Shown: piece by piece, positions 17,476-25,806 of the stretch
How the letters are laid out: the number at the start of each line of letters is the position of its first letter
Position numbering within the stretch: position 1 is the stretch's first letter
Assembly (NCBI GenBank): GCA_964612665.1
Contig: CAZTCI010000001.1
Coordinates: 380,896-444,895 of the forward strand
From: an uncultured Planctomycetales bacterium
Lineage (GTDB): Bacteria; Omnitrophota; Gorgyraeia; Zapsychrales; JAHFFX01
Direction of reading: 5' to 3'
DNA length: 64,000 nucleotides
Made by a program: the position numbers and the translations under genes
Notes under the pieces: generated by a model
The model's input: the letters and a program-made list of their open reading frames with translations, nothing else
Told to the model about the DNA's origin: nothing
Databases searched by the model: none

Positions 17476-17967
17476 TTATTTTCGATTCTTCTTTTTAATT
17501 TTCTTCTGTGCTCTATTCTTATCCAAAATAACCTTCAGTTCTCCCATAAACTGATTAATGTCCCGAAACTGACGGTACACCGACGCAAAACGCACGTAAG
17601 CGACTTCATCAAGACTGGCTAAAGTATTCATGATGAGTTCGCCTAAATCCTTGGCTTCAACTTCGCGGTCGTATTTTTTTTGAACCGCACGCTCGATTTG
17701 GGTCGTGATCTCTTCAATCTTTTCAATGCTGACCGGACGTTTTTCGCAGGCCTTCATTAACCCCGCGATAATTTTTTTGCGGTCAAACGGCTGGCGCCGG
17801 CCGTCGCGCTTAACGACCATAAGCGGCACTTGCTCGACGTATTCGTAAGTTGTAAACCGGCGTTCACATTTTAAACATTCCCGCCGCCGCCGGATCGAAG
17901 CCCCATCCTTGCTTAATCGCGAATCGATGACTTTAGTTTCTTTGTAGAGGCAGGTCGGGCATTTCAT
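17476..17967 (-). CDS. nrdR: transcriptional repressor NrdR
   Basis: 163 aa; MKCPTCLYKETKVIDSRLS...RRRRECLKCERRFTTYE zinc ribbon + ATP-cone. Confidence 0.95.
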   Translation of the reverse strand: MKCPTCLYKETKVIDSRLSKDGASIRRRRECLKCERRFTTYEYVEQVPLMVVKRDGRRQPFDRKKIIAGLMKACEKRPVSIEKIEEITTQIERAVQKKYDREVEAKDLGELIMNTLASLDEVAYVRFASVYRQFRDINQFMGELKVILDKNRAQKKIKKKNRK

Positions 17968-17970
17968 ATT

Positions 17971-18045
17971 TCAGTTTACCAGTTCTCCAGTTAACCAGTA
18001 ACCAGTCGATTTTCTAAACTGGCCAACTGGAAACTGGATAACTGG
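17971..18045. repeat. intergenic hairpin element, ccagtt x4 / aactgg x4 arms
   Basis: tcagtttaccagttctccagttaaccagtaaccagtcgattttctaaactggccaactggaaactggataactggctaa between nrdR start and glyA stop. Confidence 0.75.
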
Positions 18046-19293
18046 CTAACTCAAAAGCGATTGATATAAAGGGAATTTCTTTGTCAACTCCACTACTTCC
18101 TTCCGGACTTTGTCCAACGCCTTCTCATCATCTTTATGCGTTATCGCTTCATCAATCAAAGCGGCAATGGCGGTCATGTCTTTTTCCTTCATGCCGCGGG
18201 TTGTGACCGCCGGTGTGCCAATGCGAAGACCGCTCGTCACCATTGGCGGCGCGGGATCAAACGGGATTAAGTTTTTATTAACCGTGATCTGCACGAGATC
18301 CAAAACATGCGCAGCGTCTTTTCCAGAAATATTTTTAGGACGCAAGTCCACCATAAAAAGATGGTTGTCCGTTCCACCGGCGACAATGCGGTAACCTTTT
18401 TTCGCAAGTTCCTCGGCCAATTTCTTTGAATTAACAATGATTTGTTCTTGATATTTTTTGAATTCGGGCGCGAGGGCTTCTTTGAAGGCAACCGCTTTTC
18501 CGGCGATCACATGCATTAAAGGTCCGCCTTGAATTCCTGGAAAAATCGACATGTCGACTTTCTTGGCGAATTCTGCCCGGCACAAAATCATGCCGCCTCG
18601 CGGACCGCGCAACGTTTTGTGGGTTGTCGTCGTCACAAATTCGGCAAAAGGAACAGGATTCGGATGGAGACCTGTTGCAACCAGCCCCGCAATATGCGCC
18701 ATATCAACGAAAAGATATGCGCCAACCTTATCACAAATTTCACGAAAACGTTTGAAATCAATTATACGCGAATACGCCGAGGCGCCGGCCAAAATCATTT
18801 TCGGTTTATGTTCCAACGCCAGTCGTTCAATCTCATCATAATCTAACAATTCAGTTTGCGGATGGACTTTATAGGAAACAATATTGTAAGTTTTCCCGGA
18901 GAAATTAATTTTGTGCCCGTGTGTCAAATGACCGCCGCAGGCCAAGTCCAGCGCTAAAACGGTTTCGCCGTTTTTTAAAACCGACATGTACACCGCCATA
19001 TTCGCCTGAGATCCGGAATGCGGCTGCACGTTGACATGTTCGGCGCCAAAAAGTTTTTTGGCCCGTTCAATCGCCAGGTTTTCCACGACGTCAACGTTCT
19101 CGCATCCGCTATACCAACGCGCCGCCGGATATCCTTCGGCATATTTGTTCGTCATGACCGAACCTTGCGCTTCCAAAACCGCTTCAGAGACGAAATTTTC
19201 AGAAGCGATGAGCTCCAGATTGTCGTTTTGTCGTCGGATTTCTTTTTGAATGGCGTTGTAGACGTCGAGGTCGGTTGTTTTCAAGTGTTGCAT
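18046..19293 (-). CDS. glyA: serine hydroxymethyltransferase
   Basis: 415 aa; full-length SHMT similarity incl. PLP-lysine region [14 protein letters not shown]. Confidence 0.97.
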   Translation of the reverse strand: MQHLKTTDLDVYNAIQKEIRRQNDNLELIASENFVSEAVLEAQGSVMTNKYAEGYPAARWYSGCENVDVVENLAIERAKKLFGAEHVNVQPHSGSQANMAVYMSVLKNGETVLALDLACGGHLTHGHKINFSGKTYNIVSYKVHPQTELLDYDEIERLALEHKPKMILAGASAYSRIIDFKRFREICDKVGAYLFVDMAHIAGLVATGLHPNPVPFAEFVTTTTHKTLRGPRGGMILCRAEFAKKVDMSIFPGIQGGPLMHVIAGKAVAFKEALAPEFKKYQEQIIVNSKKLAEELAKKGYRIVAGGTDNHLFMVDLRPKNISGKDAAHVLDLVQITVNKNLIPFDPAPPMVTSGLRIGTPAVTTRGMKEKDMTAIAALIDEAITHKDDEKALDKVRKEVVELTKKFPLYQSLLS

Positions 19294-19357
19294 TTATTAC
19301 TCCTTTTATTCGAATAAACTGAAGTAGACACCAGACAGGTCGCAAGACACAAGAAAT

Positions 19358-19840
19358 TTATGTGTCATGTGTCCTATGTCCTATTATCTTTTTATCGCAA
19401 ACCTTTTTCTCAATCTGCCGAATCTGCCTCACCCGCCGGGCGTGGCGTCCGCCGGTGAATTCCGTCATCAACCAGGCTTGAATTAAATCCGGCATTTCGT
19501 GCGGCGGCATAAATTTGGCGCCTAAAACTAAAATGTTCGCGTCGTTATGTTCCCTCGATAAAATGGCCGCTTGTTTATGATAACAAAGCGCCGCGTTAAT
19601 GCCATGAACCTTGTTGGCGGCAATCGTGTGGCCAATGCCGGTCATGCAGACTAAAATGCCTTTGGCTTTTTTGTTGGCGGCAACCGCTTCAGCGACTTTA
19701 AAGGACAGCTTAGGATAATCGCAGGGCTCTTCATCGAAACTCCCGACGTCAATAACATCATAATTCAAACGCGCGAGCATGTCTTTGATTTGACTTTTAA
19801 GCTGAAACCCGCGGTGATCGGCGCCTATGTAAATTTTCAT
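19358..19840 (-). CDS. rpiB: ribose-5-phosphate isomerase B
   Basis: 160 aa; MKIYIGADHRGFQLK... RpiB/LacAB family. Confidence 0.9.
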   Translation of the reverse strand: MKIYIGADHRGFQLKSQIKDMLARLNYDVIDVGSFDEEPCDYPKLSFKVAEAVAANKKAKGILVCMTGIGHTIAANKVHGINAALCYHKQAAILSREHNDANILVLGAKFMPPHEMPDLIQAWLMTEFTGGRHARRVRQIRQIEKKVCDKKIIGHRTHDT

Positions 19841-19852
19841 AGTCTTAAATAG

Positions 19853-19890
19853 TTTTCCAGTTGACAGTTAAAAACTGGAGAACCGGCAAA
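19853..19890. repeat. intergenic ccagtt/aactgg hairpin element (short copy)
   Basis: ttttccagttgacagttaaaaactggagaaccggcaaa between rpiB start and tsaC-PTP stop. Confidence 0.6.
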
Positions 19891-20979
19891 CTAAATCAAC
19901 TTCGCAATCTTCTCAATCGCCTCTTTAATCGTCCACAAACATTCTTCATAAGCGTTAAATGTTTTGCCCATCGGGTCAGAGATATCAATGTCGTCGGATT
20001 CCCAGCGGCCCAAGTTCGCAAATTCTTTAAGGAGATAAACCCGTTTTTCAACTTCCGGCACTTTATCTAAAATCTGCTGGCGGTGTGAACGCGTCATGAC
20101 CAGAATCAAATCCGCTTTCTTGAGCATGATCCGGCTGACCGGCTGGGAAAGATGACCGCTCGCGTCAACTCCTTCGCGTTTGAGTACCTCTATCGTGTCA
20201 CCACTCGCTGGGGCCGTAATAAAAACACCTGTCCCGGTGGAAATAACGTCAACATCTCGACGGCTGCCGAGCGCTTTTTTAAGAAGATACTCAGCCATGA
20301 CCGAACGGCAGCTGTTACCTGTGCACACAAATAAAACTGTTTTGCGCCCGATGGCTTGGTCAACATCCGATTGATGAATTTTTCCTTCGCGCGTCACGCG
20401 CGGCGGGCCGTTTGTAAAATCAACTATCGAAGAGCTAATGCCGATCCGGCAGGGCCCAGCATCCAACGCGACATCAACCAACCCATCCAGATCTCTCAAC
20501 GCTTCCTGACAATTAGTCGGCGCCGGATTATTTTCAAAATTGGCCGACGGAGCAGCCAAAAGACATTCGGAAACCTCAACCAATCCCAGCGCCACCCGAT
20601 GATCCGGCATGCGCACACCAATTGTTTCGCCGGCTTTTTTACCTGGGATAACAACGGTCAATGGGCCAGGCCAATATTTATCAACCAATTTATATAAAAT
20701 GGGTTCATTAAATGCGGTTAAACTCAAAACCTGAGAACGTTTTGAAATCAACACGGCGAACGGTTTTTGATCTGAACGTTTTTTAACTTCCCTTAAACGC
20801 GCAAGCGCTTTAGGGTTATTTAAATTTGCGCCCACGCCATAGACTGTTTCCGTCGGAAAAATAACCAGTCCGCCTTGCCGAATAATTTTCGCGCAGGCAG
20901 CCAATTTATCCATTTCTGGAAATTCGGGATGTATGGGGATAATCTTAGTTTTCATATCAGTTCTTGGCTCATAGCTCAT
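19891..20979 (-). CDS. tsaC: fusion: L-threonylcarbamoyladenylate synthase (TsaC/YrdC domain) + low-molecular-weight protein (Tyr/Arg) phosphatase
   Basis: 362 aa; N-terminal YrdC (IIRQGGLVIFPTETVYGVGANLNNPKA), C-terminal LMW-PTP P-loop (VLFVCTGNSCRSVMAEYL, C-X5-R) and DPMG... D-P loop. Confidence 0.8.
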   Translation of the reverse strand: MSYEPRTDMKTKIIPIHPEFPEMDKLAACAKIIRQGGLVIFPTETVYGVGANLNNPKALARLREVKKRSDQKPFAVLISKRSQVLSLTAFNEPILYKLVDKYWPGPLTVVIPGKKAGETIGVRMPDHRVALGLVEVSECLLAAPSANFENNPAPTNCQEALRDLDGLVDVALDAGPCRIGISSSIVDFTNGPPRVTREGKIHQSDVDQAIGRKTVLFVCTGNSCRSVMAEYLLKKALGSRRDVDVISTGTGVFITAPASGDTIEVLKREGVDASGHLSQPVSRIMLKKADLILVMTRSHRQQILDKVPEVEKRVYLLKEFANLGRWESDDIDISDPMGKTFNAYEECLWTIKEAIEKIAKLI

Positions 20980-21036
20980 TGCTCATGATGTGCTCAAAAG
21001 AATTTCAATGAGCCATGAACCAAAAACTATGAACTT

Positions 21037-22326
21037 TTATATATTAACTTTCTTAAACGCCTTGGCGCCTATATCTCGTCTAAAAAAACATTTTTCAAAT
21101 GTAATGCGATCAACCGCCTTATAAGCGGTTTGAACAGCCTGTTCGATTGTTGAACCCAAACCTGTCACACCTAAAACCCGTCCGCCGGAAGTAACGATTT
21201 CTCCACCGACATTTTTAGTGGCAGCATGAAACACAATGGTGTCTGCAGATTCTTTAATATCACGCAATCCCTGGATTGTTTTTCCTGTTTCAAACGCCCC
21301 CGGATAACCGCCCGACGCCAAAACAACGCAGACACACCGGCGTTTGTCCCATTCCAACTGCATGCCGCTTAAATCTTCGTTGACGCTGGCCAGCATGATC
21401 TCAACCAAATCATTTTTAAACCGCGGAATAATGGCCTGAGTCTCAGGATCGCCAAACCGAACATTATATTCTAATACAAAAGGCCCGCGGTCGGTTAACA
21501 TTAATCCGGCGTAAAGAATCCCTTTAAACGTGTGTCCTTCCTCATCCATGCCGGCGATCGTCGGTTCAACAATGCGCGTTGAAATTTCTTTTAATAAATT
21601 CTTAGAAATGAGATTAGTCGGCGAATACGCACCCATGCCGCCGGTGTTAGGACCTAAATCGTCGTCAAAGATTCTTTTATGATCCTGCGCTGAATCAAGG
21701 ATCACAAAATCCTGCCCGTCGCTGGCAATCAGGATGGAAACTTCTTCGCCTTCTAAAAATTCTTCAATCACAACCCGGGCGCCCGCTTCTTTAAAAATTT
21801 TTTGTTCGAGCATCTGGCTGACAGCTTCCTTGGCTTCTTGAAAAGAATTGCAAATGATAACGCCTTTGCCGGCGGCGAGACCGTCGGCTTTAATGACAAC
21901 CGGATAATTCTTGGGCTTTAAAACCGCCAGGACACGTGCCGCGGCCTGCATATCCGTCACCACGTGAAATTCCGCCGTCGGAATATCAAAGCGTTTCATA
22001 AACTCTTTAGAAAAAACTTTGCTGCCTTCAAGCTGTGCCGCTTCTTTCGTCGGACCAAAAATTTTTAAGCCCGCCTTTTCAAATTGATTTACAATACCGG
22101 CCACCAGCGGCGCCTCCGGCCCAACGACGGTTAAATCGATTTTTTTTTCTTTGGCAAATTTGAGAAGCCCGGGAATGTCAGTTGCCTCTATCGCGACACA
22201 CTTCGCTTGCTGGGCCATCCCGGCGTTTCCCGACGCGCAGAAAATTTCTTTAACCAGCGGACTTTGGCTGATTTTCCAAACCAACGCATGTTCACGACCG
22301 CCGGAACCAATAACTAAAACTTTCAT
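21037..22326 (-). CDS. purD: phosphoribosylamine--glycine ligase
   Basis: 429 aa; ATP-grasp PurD full-length similarity. Confidence 0.95.
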   Translation of the reverse strand: MKVLVIGSGGREHALVWKISQSPLVKEIFCASGNAGMAQQAKCVAIEATDIPGLLKFAKEKKIDLTVVGPEAPLVAGIVNQFEKAGLKIFGPTKEAAQLEGSKVFSKEFMKRFDIPTAEFHVVTDMQAAARVLAVLKPKNYPVVIKADGLAAGKGVIICNSFQEAKEAVSQMLEQKIFKEAGARVVIEEFLEGEEVSILIASDGQDFVILDSAQDHKRIFDDDLGPNTGGMGAYSPTNLISKNLLKEISTRIVEPTIAGMDEEGHTFKGILYAGLMLTDRGPFVLEYNVRFGDPETQAIIPRFKNDLVEIMLASVNEDLSGMQLEWDKRRCVCVVLASGGYPGAFETGKTIQGLRDIKESADTIVFHAATKNVGGEIVTSGGRVLGVTGLGSTIEQAVQTAYKAVDRITFEKCFFRRDIGAKAFKKVNI

Positions 22327-22341
22327 TTCTAGAATTCCTTC

Positions 22342-23343
22342 TTATATAAATTTTATTTTCTGCTTGGAACCATCAACAACTTCCCCAATTTCCCAGCTCA
22401 AAAATCTATGCTTTTCAAGAAATCCTAAGACCCAGGGCGCATCCGTTCGAGAGACAACCAGCGCCAGGCCGATGCCCATATTAAATGTAGTAAACATGTC
22501 ACGCTCCAGGACATGGCCTTTCTTTTGAATCTTTAAGAATATTTCTGGAACCGGCCAGCTGGCTTTTTGGATTTGAAAACATTTTCCGTCTGGGACAATC
22601 TTGGTCAATTTTTCATAAAACGCGCCGCCGGTTATGTGAGCGATACCTTTCACCTTAAATTCTTCAAGCAAAGCCAAAACCGGTTTGACATAAATGCGGG
22701 TTGGTTCCAAAAGTTCGTTGGCATATTTTTTCTGCTCGCTTTTGGAGAAAACTTTACGGACAAGCGAATAGCCGTTGGAATGGATTCCGCTTGAGGCCAA
22801 ACCGATGATCCGGTCGCCGGTTTCAATTTTAGAACCGTCGATAATTTTTTCTTTTTCAACGACCCCGACGGCAAAGCCGGCTAAATCGTAGTCGTCACCT
22901 TTGTACATGCCTGGCATTTCGGCAGTTTCGCCGCCGATTAAACTGCAGCCCGCGAGTTTGCAGCCTTTGACAATTCCCGCCATGACATCATTCAAAATTT
23001 TTGTGTCCAATTTTCCGCAGGCAATGTAATCTAAAAAGAAAAGCGGCCGGGCGCCGGTGCACAGAACATCATTCACATTCATCGCGACCAAATCAATCCC
23101 AACTGTATCATGCTTGCCGACGAGATTTGCAATCAATAATTTTGTTCCAACTCCGTCGGTTGAAGAAACCAAAACTGGCTCTTTAAATTTTTCTTTAGAC
23201 AAAACGAAAAGCGCGCCGAAAGATCCTTTGCGTTTTAAAACTGCGGGATTGATTGTACGCGCGGCCATTTTGCGGATACCGTCGACGAAACGGTTGGCTT
23301 TGGTGATGTCGACGCCGGAGGATTTGTAGGTAATTTTCTTCAT
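22342..23343 (-). CDS. purM: phosphoribosylformylglycinamidine cyclo-ligase (AIR synthetase)
   Basis: 333 aa; MKKITYKSSGVDI...PurM. Confidence 0.95.
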   Translation of the reverse strand: MKKITYKSSGVDITKANRFVDGIRKMAARTINPAVLKRKGSFGALFVLSKEKFKEPVLVSSTDGVGTKLLIANLVGKHDTVGIDLVAMNVNDVLCTGARPLFFLDYIACGKLDTKILNDVMAGIVKGCKLAGCSLIGGETAEMPGMYKGDDYDLAGFAVGVVEKEKIIDGSKIETGDRIIGLASSGIHSNGYSLVRKVFSKSEQKKYANELLEPTRIYVKPVLALLEEFKVKGIAHITGGAFYEKLTKIVPDGKCFQIQKASWPVPEIFLKIQKKGHVLERDMFTTFNMGIGLALVVSRTDAPWVLGFLEKHRFLSWEIGEVVDGSKQKIKFI

Positions 23344-23400
23344 AATTTTGGTGATTTCGCCAGAGACGACCCATCAGGCCGTCTCTACAGACGGTTGTTG

Positions 23401-24222
23401 TTATCGATTATCATCTGGTTTCGGCGCTTTCGGCGGTGTGGTTTTTTCACGGAACCGATTCGCTTCCATAATCGGAATGTTTCCTTCGGTTGGAACATAA
23501 ATGACCTGCATATTGTTCCCCTGCAAACCGTTGATCCACAGATAACGCAAATAATTCTCGTCGATACTTCCAGAAATAATTTTATTACTTTTCGCCACCC
23601 CTTCGGCGCGGGCGACTTCGATTTCCGCGTCTTTTTTGGCTTTTTGCAATTCAAATTCTTTTTGAAGCGCTTCCTGCTCAGTTTTTAATTTCTGTTGAAT
23701 GCTGTAAGCAAACGCATCCGGTAAACGAACATCGCGCAGCAATACGTCCTGCACGTAAATACCTCTTTGATCGACTTTTTCTCTCAAGAATTCCAAAATC
23801 TTTTGCCCGATTTCTTTGCGTCCAGCTTCGGAAAAAAGCGCTTTGACTTCATAACCGCTGACCACGTTACGGACCGCTTCCCTAATATAAGGCTCTAACA
23901 CCGTCGCGACGTAATCCTGCCCGATGGTTTTGCGGACGAAGACCACTTTTTCCTTGGGAACATTGTACAGGACGGAAATATCCAGCGTCGAGATTAATCC
24001 TTCAGAAGACGGAACATTCGCGGTCTCTTTAAGCTGCTGCGTTTTTAGGTCCCACTTTTCAATCCAGCTAAAAACCGGAAAATACATGTGCCAGCCGGTT
24101 GCCAGCGCTTCGTCTTGGATCTTTCCAAAATCCGCTTTAACGCCGCTTTCACCGTCGTCGATTGTGACCATGCCGCATCCCGCTAAAAAGACCAAACTGA
24201 ACAAGACCATTAACCGTTTCAT
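23401..24222 (-). CDS. SPFH/Band-7 (prohibitin-like) lipoprotein
   Basis: 273 aa; lipobox LAGC; SPFH domain features and coiled-coil C-terminus. Confidence 0.7.
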   Translation of the reverse strand: MKRLMVLFSLVFLAGCGMVTIDDGESGVKADFGKIQDEALATGWHMYFPVFSWIEKWDLKTQQLKETANVPSSEGLISTLDISVLYNVPKEKVVFVRKTIGQDYVATVLEPYIREAVRNVVSGYEVKALFSEAGRKEIGQKILEFLREKVDQRGIYVQDVLLRDVRLPDAFAYSIQQKLKTEQEALQKEFELQKAKKDAEIEVARAEGVAKSNKIISGSIDENYLRYLWINGLQGNNMQVIYVPTEGNIPIMEANRFREKTTPPKAPKPDDNR

Positions 24223-24270
24223 TACCGTTCCTCCTTTAAGGAATTTTTCCCTAAATATAATTACCTCTTT

Positions 24271-24483
24271 TTACCCTACCAAAACATATTCCGAAATAGC
24301 CCTCGGTTTAGGAATAGGAAATCCATCTTCAATCAAACCTTTAATATGGTCATTAATGGCTTTATACATATTCTTTTCTGTCTGTTCAACGGTCTTACCG
24401 GTCGCAATGCAACCAGGTAAATCCGGTGAGTAAGCAGAATAATTTTTCTTGCTTTTTCAATAACAATAAAGGAATCGATACAT
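24271..24483 (-). pseudogene. hicB: hicB antitoxin gene disrupted by two frameshifts
   Basis: minus-strand frames read MYRFL(Y) / IVIEKARK / NYSAYSPDLPGCIATGKTVEQTEKNMYKAINDHIKGLIEDGFPIPKP (HicB consensus) in three frames; extra T in ttccttTattg and missing A in agaaaaatt relative to an intact frame. Confidence 0.6.
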
Positions 24484-24484
24484 A

Positions 24485-24700
24485 TCAATCCTCCGCCTTT
24501 AATCCTGCTTGCTTTAATACGCTATTTAATGTACCCGGAGCAATGTCATGCCCTGGATGTCCAGCAATGGTTACACGTCCAGATTTAAATCGATGCTTAT
24601 ACTGCCTATGGCTTCCTTTACTGGCCTTTTCTCTCCCAACGATAAGGTGTTCTATCATTCCCAGGGAGAAAAGGCCTAGTACTAGACTTTTGCAATGCAA
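24485..24700 (-). pseudogene. hicA: hicA toxin gene with its 5' region replaced or interrupted by an ~84-bp repeat element
   Basis: C-terminal 45 aa (SKGSHRQYKH...VTIAGHPGHDIAPGTLNSVLKQAGL) is classic HicA; first ~25 codons of the track ORF (TTG start) are encoded by the repeat element 24623-24705. Confidence 0.5.
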
Positions 24701-24705
24701 AAGTC
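24623..24705 (+). mobile_element. MITE/REP-like structured repeat, copy 1 (inverted copy at 51996-52079)
   Basis: 83 bp ~92% identical to the reverse complement of 51996-52079; contains 13-bp inverted repeat ggccttttctctc...gagagaaaaggcc plus palindromes tagtacta and acttttgcaatgcaaaagt. Confidence 0.7.
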
Positions 24706-24773
24706 AGTAATTCTGACTATATACCAACCATCGCGTTCAACCCGCCTGATAACATCTCTAATTTTTATGAATT

Positions 24774-25568
24774 TTATATGAACTTTTCTCGGACATAATT
24801 TATTCCATTCTCAAAAATCTTCGCTCCGTCGCCATATGTGCCTTTTGTTTCCAACCGCGTCCAAAACGGATGCTGGGTAAATAAAAAATGTCGCTCCGGA
24901 TGCGGCATCAAACCAAAGACCAAACCTGTTTCATCACAAATCCCGGCGATATCATCGACCGAGCCATTGGGATTTTCTGGATAAAAGGGTTCCCCTCCGT
25001 TTTCAGCGCAATAACGGAACACAACTTGGTTGTTAGTCTTTAATTTTTCTAAAATTTTTTTATTCTGTGGAACAAATTTTCCTTCACCGTGAGCCACCGG
25101 CAGAAAAATCGGCCGATTGATGCCTTTGGTCCAAATCGATTTTCCCGACGGCTTTAAATGAATCCAGCGGTCTTCGAATTTAGAAGAATCGTTTGTCATT
25201 AAAGTGACTTGCTGGGTGAATTGATTCTTGCCTTCAGCGCCGGGCAGAATACCGGCTTTGGTTAAAATCTGAAAACCGTTACAAATACCAATAATCGGTT
25301 TTTTCGCTTCAACGAATTGTTTGATCTGACCGCCTAACCGTAAACGCAATTCGTTGGCCAGAATTTTTCCGGACGCGATATCGTCCCCGTAGCTGAATCC
25401 GCCCGGGATCGCCAAGATATGATAATCCTTTAATTGCTTCCCGCCAGAAATTAATTCATTAATGTGGACCAAATCGACTTGCGCACCGAAATGCTCAAAA
25501 GCGAATTTTGTTTCTTGATCGCAATTGGTGCCCGCGGTTCTAATAATAATCACTTTAATTGTATTCAT
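24774..25568 (-). CDS. purQ: phosphoribosylformylglycinamidine synthase I (glutaminase subunit)
   Basis: class I GATase; likely start MNTIKVIIIRTAGTNCD at 25568 (alternatives 25577/25592); the 310-aa track ORF is a TTG-started over-extension through the GC-rich element. Confidence 0.85.
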   Translation of the reverse strand: MNTIKVIIIRTAGTNCDQETKFAFEHFGAQVDLVHINELISGGKQLKDYHILAIPGGFSYGDDIASGKILANELRLRLGGQIKQFVEAKKPIIGICNGFQILTKAGILPGAEGKNQFTQQVTLMTNDSSKFEDRWIHLKPSGKSIWTKGINRPIFLPVAHGEGKFVPQNKKILEKLKTNNQVVFRYCAENGGEPFYPENPNGSVDDIAGICDETGLVFGLMPHPERHFLFTQHPFWTRLETKGTYGDGAKIFENGINYVREKFI

Positions 25569-25613
25569 TTGATTCATATTATTAGAAGTCATCTCATAAA
25601 TGGTATTGAGCGG

Positions 25614-25733
25614 GCAGCGGGTGCACGGCGAGCCGATTGTGGGAGGAGCCCCCGGCCCGCCGTATCCGCTTGCCGGGGCGGGCACACCGGGCGGAGGGAC
25701 CCACAAACGGTTTGCCGTGACAGGACCCGCTGC
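25614..25733. other. GC-rich structured element B (possible ncRNA/riboswitch-like leader upstream of purQ), homologous termini to element A
   Basis: 120 nt, ~70% GC; termini GCAGCGGGTG...GACAGGACCCGCTGC form a 9-bp closing stem and match element A termini; internal stems (cacggc/gccgtg, ccggggcgggc/gcccgccccgg). Confidence 0.4.
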
Positions 25734-25771
25734 CTTCGCTATTTATGAGATACGTTCTAGTCTTTTATCTT

Positions 25772-25806
25772 AACTGGGTAACTGGAAACTGGCCGAACTG
25801 GCGAAC
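25772..25806. repeat. tandem aactgg repeat tract immediately downstream of purSL stop
   Basis: taactgggtaactggaaactggccgaactggcgaac (5 copies), same hexamer as the glyA-operon intergenic elements. Confidence 0.6.

Noticed and set aside
19294-19384. gacac/gtgtc repeat hairpin between glyA and rpiB, and gctcat/atgagc repeats at 20960-21015
   Set aside because: The right arm of the first overlaps the rpiB C-terminal codons (HRTHDT*). The gctcat repeats include the tsaC start codon and first codons (ATGAGCTATGAGC). The repetition may therefore be coding-driven rather than discrete elements like the ccagtt/aactgg family.
24774-25706. Track ORF extending purQ 46 codons upstream through the GC-rich element (MWVPPPGVPAPASGYGGPGAPP...)
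   Set aside because: The ORF begins at a TTG inside the structured GC-rich island, and the Pro/Gly-rich N-extension is a translation of that island. A conserved PurQ N-terminus (MNTIKVIIIRTAGTNCD) begins at 25568.
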